DNA of 64,000 nt from Octopus bimaculoides. Taxonomy: Eukaryota. The notes under the pieces are model-generated. The model searched no databases. It was not told the DNA's origin and saw nothing but the letters and a program-made list of their open reading frames with translations. Shown one piece after another: positions 40,300 through 54,095 of the stretch (positions are counted from its first letter, which is position 1; each line of letters begins with the position of its first letter). Position numbers and translations under genes: made by a program. The stretch lies in assembly GCF_001194135.2 (NCBI RefSeq), contig NC_068981.1, positions 130,112,429-130,176,428 on the forward strand. Reading direction: 5' to 3'.

Positions 40300-41150
40300 G
40301 TAGAATTTGATCGCTGAGCATAGAGTATTTTCTGCTTTAGATCTCAAAGTCGTGTAGTGGTTGAGTGTAGTGGTCTAAATTCATGTTTTGATTTAAAGAT
40401 ACGGGGTGGGATTAGTAATTATCAAGGATTAACTTTTCTAAAAATTTTAAGGGTGTACGTAAGAGGAAAATAAATCTAGATCATGGTTGACTTGGATTTT
40501 TGTGGGAATCAAAATTGTTATAATTTTCATCCAGCTTCCAGATCTAGGAATTTGACAATATCAGTTTGTGCTGCAAGAAAAAATTGGTTGGTTGGTGAGT
40601 ACAGTGATTCGTTCAGTTTCTATCCCTATTTCTGTGAGGTTTTTGAATTTTTGAAATTATCTAATGCTTCTGAGGTGTCTGATGAAAGAAGGGTTCTAGA
40701 ATCATGATCCAGGTGCAAAGTGCATAATTTTTATTTCATGTTCCTGTCCGTGTGTAGTTTTTGATAGCTGATTTCAAGATATGTCTGACACCGTCATTTG
40801 CTTAGTGTTGCCGTGTAGTTATGTCAAGACTTATTGTTAATGGTGTGTAGTGTGACTGCTGTTGCTGAAGAATAATCCTATAGAGGGTTTTACTGATTTT
40901 ATAGCTTATATTGGATAAGACTGTTTTTACTGGTTGATTTCTTTACTTATATATTTAACAGTTTGATGCTGCATTTTATTTCAGCTGCAAGTTGTTATGG
41001 TAATTTTTTAGATAAGGTTGGTAATTTTTCAGATGAGGTTGGTTATTGTTACGTTTATATTTTTTTACTTGTTAGCGGTTTTAGTTTTTTTAAGGATATT
41101 ACTGTCTTAGATCTTAGGACTAATAAAGCTGGTTACTCAGTTTCCATGGC
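40300..41150 (-). mobile_element. Very decayed retroelement RT-like region (possibly Penelope-like)
   Basis: A-rich minus strand with the fragment QTDIVKFLDLE; no intact frame. Confidence 0.25.
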
Positions 41151-42303
41151 ATATAAGTGACTGAGATCACAATATTCCCTTGGATGAAACAGCAGTCCAT
41201 TGCAGGGTTACTCATTTACAGTTGAGTGGACTTGAGGAACATGAAAAGTGCTTTGCTCAAGAACACAATGCACTGCCTGGTCTGGCAATAGAAACCATGA
41301 TCTTGCAATTATGAGTACAACACCCTAACCACTTGGCCATGCACCTTCACTTTTTTTTTTTTTTTTTTTTTTTTTTGTTAAGATGTGTTTATGATTATTT
41401 TATTGAATAACTGTACTGGGCTGTCTATATTGGTGATTGTGACACTGTTGAATCTGAAAACCATAATTTTGCTCTCTGGCAGAATTCTCTCCATTGCACT
41501 TTTTTTAAAGTTTAATAAAAATTTCTTTACTTTTTTCAGTGTGTGAAAGTGTGTTGTGATGGTAATTGGTAGGTTGTCTGGGGAAAGTTGGGAAATTGTC
41601 AGAATTTCATCATTCAACCACTTTCACTCAGTGACTACCCTGATTTCTTCTCTGACAGATTTAGAATTGATTTATCCTGTACATTCATCTACTTTTAAGA
41701 AAGTAGATGAAGGATGCTTGGCTGCTACTTCTAGCATAGAAACTCCTTCACTGACTCATCAAAATCAACAGCTACTGGTTGTTTCTTTTTTTTGTCCTAT
41801 ACAAATCCATCTGTACATCTCTAAAAAAGGTTTTTTTTTTTTTGATGGTGGTTGTGGAGGTGAAAATATTGCACTGAGGTGATGATGACATGTTATGTTG
41901 CTACTATATACTAACTAAAAAAAATCTTGGTCTAACTGCTTTTAATCACAAATCAGTTCCTCCTGACTTAGTGCTAAACAGCAACAACAACCTCAAAAAC
42001 TTACACGTGAAACTATCTGAACATTGAAGAAGTGTAGCGTTTGCTGTGATAAGCTGCAACACACTCAGTCTCAGCTATTAACTATTCTATTACACAAGGT
42101 ACAGGCAAGCCTGTGTAGTATCAAAATTTGTTTCACAATCACATGATTTTGGGCTCATTCTCACTCAGTAGCACCTAGGGCAAGCATCTCTTATGATGGA
42201 AACTGATAAAACCATTGTATCACTGTGCATGCATGTGCATGAATGTTGTGTCTGAGCAAACTGAGTCTATTTTTACATTCTCTGGTATCCAAAGATCTCA
42301 TAC

Positions 42304-42421
42304 TTTCAGTGGTTTGTCTGCTTTCAATATGTGAAAGACCAGCAGGATGAAAATGTCTTATTTGGAAAAGAGATAAAGATTTTCGAACAGGAAGATAATC
42401 AGGCCATAGAACAACTCTCAT
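42304..42421 (-). CDS. Candidate alternative first coding exon (MRVVLWPDYLPVRKSLSLFQIRHFHPAGLSHIESRQTTE+A, phase 1)
   Basis: ATG after an in-frame TAA, 39 codons plus 1 nt, donor AAA|GTATGA, upstream acceptor cacttcag|. The + strand is also open here, so strand is ambiguous. Confidence 0.35.
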
Positions 42422-45400
42422 TGAATTTTATAAAACTATTGACTCTCGTTGTAGATGCTGAAGTGATCGCTATTAGTAATTGTAGGTGGGGGGCAACCTG
42501 TCCAGACAGCCACATCAGAAAGCTCCAATGGGGTTGCTTAACTTTCAAGAAAAAGCAGTCAGATCTCTCAAATTGTGTCATACCACTATTAAGGAAAGGA
42601 TACATTGGGTAAGGTAGTCTTTAGATATAATCCTAAGACAAATGGTCACAGATATAATCCTAAGACACAGTTAAAAGACAGATGATCACAGATATGCTTG
42701 ACCCAGTTTGATCTGGGGTTATACATCAACAAAAACAACCACTGCCTGTCAAGAACACAATGCACTGCCTGGTCTGGTAATAGAAACCATGATCTTGCAA
42801 TTATGAGTGCTAAGCAAGATTGCTGTCTTCCACACATACAGGCTGGTTCTTTCAGGTGCCAGTACCACATAAAAAGCACCCGTGCTGGTGCTGTATAAAT
42901 GCGCCTGTGCCAGAGGCATGTAAAAAGCACCCAACACACTTAAGTGGTCAGTGGGATCTGAACCATATATTGTGAAGGTGCATCGCCTAGTATTAGGGAG
43001 TTGGGCTCATGATCTTCAGATAGTAGGTTCAAATTCTGACCTAGACAGTGTGCTGTGCCCATGAAGAAAGTACTTCATTTCATGATGCTCCAATTAATTC
43101 AGATGAAAATTAGCCCCGACCAAAGACTGGTTCCACCCCACTCTCTTAAGTAGTTACATCCTGGAGTTGCCACTGGATCACAGGGTGTTTGTTTGTGACT
43201 ATACAGGCACCTGAAACAATTAGCAAAAGTATGGTACAGAGTACCAAGTCTTGCTTGCTTCTGAGTAATGATTAACGTTTATTGGAAGCTAACAAAACAT
43301 TGATTATACAGTTGCTCTGATTTCCTACAGTAGTAAGCTTTAATCACTCATGCCTGTTATCCACATCTAAGCACATATTGGATAAATTAGTCCTAGATAC
43401 ACTCTGGTTAGATAAAATCTGGTAATGCCACAGCTACAATGTTTTTTTAGCATTGACTGTAGATATATCTGCATACCAGAAACTGAATATGAACTCAACT
43501 TTCTGGTTAATATCCACATATCCTTTCAGTTTTGCAATGTGTGATGAGAGAGAAGTAGGAGTGTTTTTATGGTTATGGTTGTGTGTGTGTGTGCGCACGC
43601 GTACCGACGTGTACACATGTGAAGTATGTTTAAATGTGTGTGTCCATATAAGGTATACTTAACTATGCCTAGAGATATGCTTAAATGTGTAATTGTTGTA
43701 GCTGTCAAGAAATGGGAAACTACTCTATAGATAAGCTGCAAAGTGTATCGTCCCCTGATTCTGCTGTCATACTGCTATAACTTTGGAAAGAATATGGCCA
43801 ACACACTACCCCTATCTAGATTATCAGGAATAGTCATAGTTTTTTAAATGTGACCTTCCCCATAATAATCTTTAGACATGAGTCAAAATAAAATAAGAAT
43901 AAATATCCAAATGTTCAAACCAATAAAAATATTTAAAGGAAATTGTACTCTCCATTACTTGTTTATTTAACACACATGAGACATCACCCTACTACAACTA
44001 ATAGGCATATAAATCCAGTTTCTTTGGACACTGTTATCATCTGGCTACTCAAATGTCTGTCCAACCCCAAATACAAGATCAAACACTGTCACAAATACCT
44101 TATGACATGCAGTATGTTAATAGTAAGGTTGAATTTACAAAAGACATGCAACTCTAGGTTCATAAAGACATTTGTTTTATCAATCTGCATTTGATACCTC
44201 TAACTTGGGCAGACCTACTGTGTGAAAATCATTTCCATTCCTGTTTGTTTAAGTGCCTTATTTCTGTATAGGAGTTGAAAATTCTGAAAACCTCAGATTT
44301 ATTGTATACCTCTAAAGTGGAAGAACATGGCTTAGTGGTTGGGGTATTCAGCTCAAAATCGTAAGATTGTGAGTTCAATACTCAACAGTTAATTGTGTCC
44401 TTGAACAATACACTTTATTTCACATTGCTCCAGTCCACTCTGCTGGCAAAAATGAGTAGTACTTGTAGTTCAAAGTACTAGTGTTGTCACATTATGTGTC
44501 ATACTGAATCTCCCTGAGAACTATTTGGAATGTTATTACCAGTACAAATATTGCGCTCCCACCCTGAGAACTATGTTAAGGGCATGCATGTCTGTGGAGT
44601 ACTCAGCCACTTGCACATTAATTTTACTAGCAGGCTGTTTTATTGATCAGATCAACCTGAGCCTTCTTCATCAGAGTTAGTGCCTCTTAAAATACTCAAC
44701 TTTATGTAGTCTAAGAAAAAGGACCCATGCTTCACCACACTATGCATTATTATATAATCCACAGATTTGCAAGTGAAACATGTCAGTTCTACCCAAGCAT
44801 AGAAATTTAGTTCTGCAAATAAACAGAAAAAAATTTTGATTTAGGAATGAAGCAAGAAATTTTTGAATGGTTAATTTATATTAACCTCAGTATTTGACTG
44901 GTATCTTATTTTATCAACCCTAGAAGGCTGAAAGGTAAAATTGACCTCATCAGTATTTGAACTTACACCATAAAGAGCCAGAACAAATACAGCAGAGCAT
45001 TTTCGCTGACAATGATTCTGCTAATCTACTAATGTATATAATTATATCTTAGCCACAAAGACATTGGATGAAGAAGACATTACAAAGAAAAATTACAATT
45101 TATGTGAAGATTTACATAAAGTTGGTTGAGTATGTATAGCATGCAAAATATGAACACAAGTGAAACAGGTATCCTCATACAAGGGAGCTTTCAATTAAGG
45201 CCAATCTAGGAACCCAATAGATTCAAAATTGCCCTGGTCACCAAGGGCACATGCCCTTTCCCAACTGTTGCTCTCTGATCTGTGCTTCTACTCAAAACCA
45301 TTTTTGTCCTTTCACTTTACTTTCCAAGCAGAACTTGAAAAAAAAATCAACTGAAGAGAATGTCTGTCTAGAATCCTTGAGCCTCATCTACCACACAATG

Positions 45401-45757
45401 AAAAACTACTTTCCCAGTCCTATTAATGAAGGGCAATTGGATGATTTTCTAGATGGACTTAGCCTATAGTTGGGTTGTCTCACATGCAAGAACAAGTCAG
45501 CAAAACTTGACCATGTACAAATGTATTTAGTACTGTTTCATTGCTGTGAATATCTTAGTCAACAGTTTTTTCATTTGATGGCTATTCTTTAATTTTTCAG
45601 GGTAAAAAAGAAGAAAAAAAATCTGGTGGACTGAATAATCCTAGAAGTAACTAGGATATATTAAACTATAGGGAAGTAAAATAGAAAATTTATTGTTAGG
45701 ATATCCAAGTTGACATTCACCTCTTTGATAAAAGTACTAGTAATATTTTGAATGCAA

Positions 45758-45953
45758 AGGCGGTGAGCTAGCAGAAATGTTGGCATGTTGAGTGAAATGC
45801 TTAGCATTTCTGTTCTGAGTTCAAATTCGCCGAGGTCGACTTTGCCTTTCATCCTTTCGGGGTTGATAAATTAAGTACTAGTTGTGTACTGGGGACGATC
45901 TAATCGACTGGCCCCCTCCCCAAAAATTTCGGACCTTGTGCCAAGAGAATACA
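45758..45953 (+). mobile_element. SINE family B
   Basis: Same core; 10-bp TSD TTGAATGCAA. Confidence 0.85.
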
Positions 45954-45959
45954 TTGAAT

Positions 45960-46535
45960 GCAAGAGGAATTCAAAATAGCTGTCCCATTACTATTAGTAA
46001 AAATTACAAATCAGTTTTATAGTTTGATGCATTAATGTTTAATGCAGTGACAATTTAGATACTAATAAGGAATTTTTTTAAAAAAGCTACCATTAGAAGA
46101 AACCATAAACAACAGTGACTATAGTGACCAATGCCATAAACTTTGGAGAATATTCCTAGAAAACTATAACTACAACATTACACTTCATCCATACCTTTAA
46201 TAACACAGGAAAAAACATAAATGCTATAAAATCATCAAAACTGGAATTGAGTGGCAGAAATGATAAGGAACATGTACTGAAACTATGTTGCAGTCATAGT
46301 TTTCTTGGAATACTCCCCATTGTGTATGGCACTGGTCACTACACTCACTGTCACAATTGCAAGGAATGAAATATAGAGTTGGTGATGATTTCTTCTGATG
46401 AAAGCTTTTTTAAAAAATTCCTTATAAATATCTTAATTTTCATTGCATTAAGTGTTGATTTATCAAACTATAAAACTGATAAGTATTTTTTTCTTTCTAA
46501 TAGTAACGGGATAGCTATTTTGAATTTCTCTCATG
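45960..46535. mobile_element. Old foldback element or nested MITEs
   Basis: Outer about 135-bp imperfect IR plus inner about 67-bp IR starting CAGTG (46113-46350). Confidence 0.65.
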
Positions 46536-46856
46536 TTCTCTAATTTTTTTCTTATTTTACAATCTGCAGTCAAATCCTGCTGATGTCAGCTTCACACCTC
46601 TCTTCCCACAAATTGGTCATTGGCTGGCCGGCAACGTATTTTTCTGCATTATATGGATAATTTATCTTGATCACGCTATTTATAGCATTATCACACGTTT
46701 GAGAAATAAATTTATTTCTGTATCTTACAATACATCTCAACACTTCTAAAAAAGAACAAACTTTGTTTGTTTACTTTCATCGTAAAGTTGAATTTAACGT
46801 TAGCGTCTTATGAAGCTAAATTTATAAGTTCTAAAATTGCAGAAGAATGTGTTGCT

Positions 46857-46929
46857 GGGCAGTTTGGCTTAATGGTAAAACACTTGACATGTAATCACAG
46901 AGATGTGAGTTCGTGTCTCATGGCTGGCC
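46857..46929 (+). pseudogene. tRNA-like sequence (Thr-TGT-like anticodon loop), probably a SINE head or pseudogene
   Basis: A box TGGCTTAATGG, loop CATGTAA, T arm GTGAG-TTCGTGT-CTCAT; D and anticodon stems are imperfect. Confidence 0.5.
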
Positions 46930-47766
46930 GGCAACGTATTTTTCTGCATTATATGGATAATTTATCCTGATCACGCTATTTATAGCATTATCACGCGTTT
47001 GAGAAATAAATTTATTTCTGTATATTAGAATAATAGGCCAAGAAGCCATTGTTACATTCTGCCAATTTGCTCTAAAACCTCCCATTACACTATTTATAAA
47101 GAAACATAGACACAGAAAATGGAATCCTAGATAACTAGAAATAAAAAAGGGAGAAAAATGGGGACAGGATGATCATAGTTGGAATATCTTTCTTAACATC
47201 TTAGCATTCAAATTGGCCATATCTGGCCAAAATATTGTACTTGCTTTATGTTCAAACTAACCAGACCCAGGCTCTCTCACCTCCCCTACAATGGCATTGC
47301 AAAAATAAACTATCACATCACCGAAATTTCAAAGCTATAAAAGAACGCATACTTAATGGAAAACAATTTGACTAAATAACCATTACACTTGACAGATGAA
47401 TCTGAATGCTCAAGAATTAAGCATATGTATGTTTGATTAGAGTTGAAATGGAGCTAAACAATGACAGACTATGGAGGAGGCACTAAGCTGACAGAAATGT
47501 TAAAGTACGAGATTAAAAGTTACACAATATATGGCGTCCTTGCTTTATGGTCTACACTTAAGTCATGTCATGTTAGATTTTTGTCTTGGCTCCTTCCAAG
47601 AACTGGAATCACTAGACATTTTCAACATCTATCAGGATTTTGTTATCTCATAGGCTACAAATGTACACAGTTGGATGGAATTAATTTATTAAACATTAAA
47701 TATGATTAGGTTAGTATTATATTTAATGTGACAAGAATTAGAAAACTAATAATGAATTTTTTTTAG

Positions 47767-47900
47767 AAAGCTTCTATCAGAAGAGATCATCACCAAGAAC
47801 GATGCATTCCATAATTTGGAACTGTGACAGTGATTATAAAGGGGAGACAAGTCACATCCTAAAAGAAAGATTAGAAGAATATCAAGTGGTAATCTTGGCT
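47767..47900 (+). mobile_element. Penelope-like GIY-YIG endonuclease remnant
   Basis: MHSIIWNCDSDYKGETSHILKERLEEY resembles VYSIPCxCxxxYxGETxRxLKxRLxEH. Confidence 0.5.
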
Positions 47901-47901
47901 G

Positions 47902-47904
<3 letters not shown>

Positions 47905-47943
<39 letters not shown>

Positions 47944-48151
47944 TAAACACACATTCATATATATACACATATATACATACATATATATATATATATATAT
48001 CTCCATATATGCACACATACACATTCATATACATATATATATATATATGTATATAGATAGATAGATAGATACACACACATCACACACATTCATATATATA
48101 CACATACATACATTCATATATATATATATATATATATATATNNNNNNNNNN

Positions 48152-48191
<40 letters not shown>

Positions 48192-48372
48192 TATCTCCAT
48201 ATATGCACACATACATATTCATATATATATATATACATATATATATATATCCATATATGCACACATATACATTCATATATATATATACATATGTATATAT
48301 ATATCCATATATGCACACATATACATTCATATATATATATACATATGTATATATATATATCCATATATGCAC
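47905..48372. repeat. TA-rich minisatellite (about 50-bp unit CCATATATGCACACATATACATTCATATA...)
   Basis: At least 4 units, with a 10-N gap at 48142-48151. Confidence 0.9.
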
Positions 48373-49556
48373 ACAAAAGACCCAGAGCATGTTTAAGTGC
48401 TACAGAAGTATCCTCGTACTTCTGGCACTTTAAAGTGACTCTTACAGTTGATGGAAAACTTATCCCTCCAAATATCCAACTTTTGAACATAAGTATAAAA
48501 AATATCATTGTTCAAAGTAACCCCAAATCAGGGGTTACTTTGAACAGGGACAATTGTATAAAAAAAAAAGTAATCAAATATTGACTGCAACTTATTTTTA
48601 TTTTATATATCAGAGTACCTATTTAGTCCCTCTAACATAGTCAACTTTGGTTAAGATTGGAAAAAAGAGGTTATGAAATTATTGCTATAAGAAGTCTAAA
48701 ACTGTTTGAAGTAACCCCGTTTCATGGTATATACACACATACACACGCACATACACACATACACACACTCATTTACACACACACGTTCATATATTTACAC
48801 ACAGACACACATACTCATATTCATATATTTATACATATACACATACATATAAGCACACTCATACATATACACATACATATATATTCAATACACACACACA
48901 TATATAAACATGTACACAAACACGGATAAATAAATACATATCTAAACACTCCAAGACAAAGAGAAACCTGTGCACATAAAACACATGTAAAACAAACAAA
49001 AATAAACAAGATTTTGCTGATTACATACATTGCTTGTATTACTACACATGACACAGCAAGGATGGGCTGAGCACTTTAGGATAGGTAGTCCAGGGAAAGA
49101 TTTAAATACCTCCTTATTCACAGGGTGAACCACATGAAATGCCTTGATTTCTTATCAACCATCGGAAAGTGAAGACACTTTTCTAATAAGGAACATTGAT
49201 ATCAGACTCAAAGGTGAGCCTCAAAGAACAATTAACGCCACAGTGTTGTTAGAAAATGGACTTTCACAAGGGGTTTGAAAGTTCAGAAAACCTAATACGA
49301 CAACAAAAACAGGAAAATAAATAAATGAATATATATAAGTATTTGAAGTGAAAATAAATGTATATGAATTAATATAATTTATATACGAACATTATGACTG
49401 AATATCTGAATATTATATCTTATATACACATACCTTAGAGCTCTCTCATTATACACACACATATATATAGTGAGAGAGGAGAGAGAGCTATAGTGTGTGT
49501 GTATAAGATATATTCAGTTACTAAGTGTGTATATATAAAATAAATGTAATTACAAA

Positions 49557-49593
<37 letters not shown>

Positions 49594-51510
49594 ATCATCA
49601 TTTAATATCTGGTTGGATGGTTTGGCCAGAGCTGCAAGCTGCACCAGACTCCAGTCTGATTTGGCAAGGTTTCTACAGCTGGATGCCCCTCTTAACGCCA
49701 ACCACTTTACAGAGTATGCTGGGTGCATTATATATATATATATATATATACCACCTTTATCTTATGATATTTACTTTGTTTTATATTATACTCATTTATT
49801 GTGCTTTTAATTATTAATTTTTCTATATGTGATAGTGGATTTTCATGAGTTCTTGAAACTTGGTTATTTTACCAAAAACTAAATGAATGAATATGTGTGC
49901 GTGTGTGCGTGTGCGTGTACATACGTACACACACACAATGTTACTTTGCTCTTTCCTATGCCATTCCAGAACCACTTCCATTCCTCATTTTCCTCCAGCC
50001 ATGGTCCCTTCTCCAATTTGAATGTCCTTGTATCTGTTCTACAGTAAGACATCTATCCCACTTCTTTTAACTTCTCAACTGGCACAAAGCCACCTCCCTC
50101 AATACTACTTATCCCAGTCAAGGAGACATTGCCTTGTCATTCAAGTTATTTGGTGACCCTGCTGGTGGTGGTGCTACAAAGAAAAAGAAAGGTATCTGTA
50201 AATTGGTTGGTGCTGGGAAGTGCATCCACCTGTAGAAATCATGCCAAAGAAGTCAGAACATAGTGCCATCTTCTGGCTTGTCAGCTTTTGTCAAACCATC
50301 CAACCCATGCCAGCATAGAAAACAGATGTTAAATAATGATGATGATGAGGTATGTATCATCATTTAAAGTCCATTTTCCATGTTGGCAGGGGGTTGGACA
50401 AAAGCTGACAAGCCAGCTAGCAGGCTGATATGCCCTTGAACTGAATGCTAGTCTGGCACAGGGACAGCCATTTACAGCTTAGTGGACTGGAGGTACATGA
50501 AAGGTAAGGGTTTGCTAAAGAACACAACACAACACTGTTCTGGGAATCAAAACCACGATCTTGCAATTGTGTCTACAACACCCTAACCACAAGACCATGC
50601 ACCTCCACACACACACTCGTGTGCATGGTGTATACACATACACACCCATGGTAAAAATGGAAGTTACTATAGCTTCGGATTGAACCAGTTCATGGATTGC
50701 CCCTCATTCAAAAAGTGCAGCCTTATCACAAACTGTGTTACACAGATTCTGCCTAAGAATTAAATTAAGAATACATTTGTATGGATGCTCAGTCACATGT
50801 TATTTCAGGAACAGATTACTCAACTGATCCTTGTTGTCAAACAATGATGTTCCATGCATCCATCCATATAGACTTTTAATATAGTTTTGCATGCTGATGC
50901 TGAATATCACAGTAATTATTTTGAAAAATCTATAATGAAGTTAGAAGCATTTAGAGTTATGTATTTTTATCCAATGAAATTTAGACCATTGTCCTCACAG
51001 TGGAAGTCAAAACTTTGTTCTTGTGGCAACTCTGCTTCATTAATTCTTCATTTGAACACGAACCTGTGAGTTGCCATTCTTTTGAAAAAATTTTGTTTCT
51101 TTTCTGTTTGGCTGCACTTTTTGAAATTTTAAAGTTAAATGAAAATTTTGTAATTTGGTGTATTAATATAATTTTTCATGCTGAATCTCAGGACCTAATT
51201 CACTTGTTTCTGAAAATGTTTTAAAAAAGTACAGAGGTTTAAAGTTTGATCATTTTTACAGAGTCAAAACAAGATTTGAAAGCTGCCAAATTGTGCATGA
51301 CTGCACGTTTTAATATCAAGCTGTAAGCAAATGAAATATTGGTGGAATTTTGCTTTATGCACGCCATATAACTCTTCATAACTTTGTTTGGGAATTTTCA
51401 GAAAATTTTTGCTAATTTGTATTTTACTCATGGAAATTCATATGATTGATTATGTGAAAACTGAAAAATAAAATTTGGTGCGTGACTCAAGGCCTATCTA
51501 GCTGCTATTT

Positions 51511-51905
51511 TTAGGTGCAGGCATGGCTTTGTGGTAAGAAGCTTGCTTCCCAACCACATGGTTCCAGGTTCAGTTCCATTGTTTGGCACCTTGGGCAACT
51601 GTCTTCTAATAAAGCCTTGGACTGACCAAAGCCTTGTGAGTGGATTTGGTAGACAGAAACTGAAAGAAGTCTGTCATATATATATATATGCGCGCGCGCG
51701 CGCGCGCGTGCGTGCGTGTGTGTCCCTGCCACTATCACTTGACAACCGATGTTGGTGTGTTTATGTCCCTGTAACTTAGCGGTTCAGCTAAAGAGACCGA
51801 TAAAATAAGTACTAGGCTTGCAAAGAATAAGTGCTGGCATCGATTTACTCAAATAAAGGTGGTGCTCCAGCATGGCCACAGTCAAATGACAAGTAAATGA
51901 ATGAA
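51511..51905 (+). mobile_element. SINE family A
   Basis: Full-length copy; central repeat is (TA)n(GC)n(GTGC)n. Confidence 0.9.
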
Positions 51906-53089
51906 AAATATCACTACCTCTTCATTCCTTGTGTTTTAAGCATTTAATAAGTGTAAAACGACCAAGTGGCTTGACAGGACAGCAACATAAGAGTAAGCAT
52001 ATTGGCTTGTTACAATGGAAACAGGCACCTATATGTCTGGCTTTCGATTGACTAAAATCACCTAAAATTTGCTGACTTTAATGGCTATTAACTTTTTATT
52101 CATGGCAGAAATGAATTTTAAGTTAATAATTACCATACAAAACTACTTCAATACACCAAATATGAACTCAATTGGATAAAATTGAAGAAATTGAAAAGTG
52201 GAAGCCAAACAGAAAAGATTCATTCCCTTGACAATGAGCTTTTTAAGAAAAAGACCCCTTATGACATTCAGGTGAATAGCAAAGCAGCACTCCATACAAG
52301 GTTCTCACTAGCAGATTGCATGGGTAAAGAAATCTAAAATTATTTACTGAATCCAGAAAATATTCCATACAATTTGTAGATCCTGCAAAAAGTACCGATT
52401 ATGAGTTTCGTAAATTTGTCATAGAGTACGAAAGTAAACAAATGTAGGTGATGGTATTACATTTTTTTAAATAGTAACAATCGTTTCAATAATCAGTAGA
52501 ACTTTGTGCATCAATTAACATTTTTAGCTACACATACAAATTATTTAAATCCATATGATATAAATGAAAATTCCACTCATTTCTTCTGACTAGTTTACAA
52601 AAGATAGTACCAAAGTAGGTACTGGATTTCATAGAAGAAATTAATCTATTAAATATAATAAAGAGGGAAGGATAGAGAAAACCAGGTAATGAATCATAGA
52701 TAGTAGGTTATTACACTATCAGAAATTTACTCTAGAAGGAGACAGGCTGGTGGCATGGCATAATATATGTTTTTGTAGTCACTCTTTGTTCCAAGTTAAC
52801 CTTTACTGAGGTTCAATGTAAAATATGGAATGAAAATCAAATTCATTTAAAGTAAATGTTCTATAAATGATCTTTCATATTATCTACAAATACATTTTCA
52901 CATATCCATCACATCATTAAATCCTGAAGGATAATGTTCCTTAATAGGGAAGTTAAGACAGCCCTAACCAAATTAGAGAGACTGTTTTATTAGTTTCCCA
53001 ACAGTAAGTCTATTGTAAAGAGCCAAAACCATAAGACAATGGCAGGCCAAGAACAAATTAGCTTTTGCCATAATAGTACTGGGCGCCCT

Positions 53090-53560
53090 TCCATGCTATG
53101 CTGCCTTTAAAGAAATCATAAGGCATCACCTAGACGCCACAGGCTTCCCTCCCCAGCTCAAGCCAGTGGGACTAGACTGAGGGGACAGTAAAAAGCATGA
53201 CAGTAGAACAATTTTCCCTGTTTCATGACGGTAGGCTCCTCATCTGGGATATCACACCTTCTCCAGCAGAAACATGGTGCGTTCAGTCACCAACTCAGGT
53301 TCTGCTGCTCGTCAAGCTGAGAAAGGCAAACTGTCAAAGAATTGGTCGCTCTGACAAGTTTGTGGTCAAGCCTGTGGCATTAGAGACCACCGGTGTTCTT
53401 GGTTCCTGAACCATATCTCTGCTCACCGCTATCAGGGCATAGACGGTTATCTGCAAGTGTGAGCCCTTGAGTCAGAGTGGCTGTTGCAGCCTATCTCACT
53501 TGACCTCCTCCAGTGCAATGCCTTTTCCATTTTATCTGCTGCGGCTATGAGGCAGTCTGA
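53090..53560 (+). mobile_element. CRE-like non-LTR retrotransposon 3' fragment (restriction-like endonuclease domain), decayed
   Basis: Broken translation KPVGLD*GDSK...GRLLIWDIT...KPVALETTGVLG...LLQPISLDLLQCNA matches the RPDG...WD.T...VET.G...QRIS..QRGNA pattern of CRE-clade elements. Confidence 0.7.
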
Positions 53561-54095
53561 ATTACAGGAAATCTAGAGAATGTATCACAACAGAAAATAA
53601 ATTGCAACTATCACACTCCTTTTATACAGAAGAGTATGGCTAATATTTATTTTAAGGTTCCATATAAATTAAGCAAACAAGGTACCAAAAGCATTTTTTT
53701 CTTAAAGGAATGTACATAATTATGTAATTAAATTATATAATAGTGCAGTGGGACCTATATATTTTACAAGGTATTGCAACACACACAATATATATACATA
53801 TACAATATATACATACACAAACACTAAGTTAGACCTAAGGTTTTAGAATGCAGTTAGGAGGGTCCCTTCAGTTATATATGCTATTAACGATATTATCTAA
53901 AAATTCATTATTCATTGAATTAGTATTATTTCAATACACACAAAAATACATGCATATCAACTTTATACACAAATTTGAGAACAGACGCTTATTATTGGTA
54001 TTAAACTAATGGTTATCAAGATGACAAATACCAATCTCTCTACACACTGCCCTCACTAAATAGATTAGTGAAAATGTTTTGCACATGTCATGCTA

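Noticed and set aside
48509-48546. Perfect 16-bp inverted repeat TGTTCAAAGTAACCCC
   Set aside because: Probably a collapsed DNA-transposon remnant; no TSD evident and too short to classify.
48025-49054. ORFs rich in YI, HT and CV repeats (also at 8.5-9.0 kb)
   Set aside because: Translations of TA/CA/GA simple repeats.
51680-51722. (GC)n(GTGC)n Z-DNA-prone tract
   Set aside because: It is the variable microsatellite core of a SINE; there is no evidence of function.
52190-52385. Minus-strand acceptor tttttgcag|GATCTAC with a 45-codon phase-1 frame
   Set aside because: The frame ends in a stop, the available donors give phase 0, and the peptide is unrecognisable.
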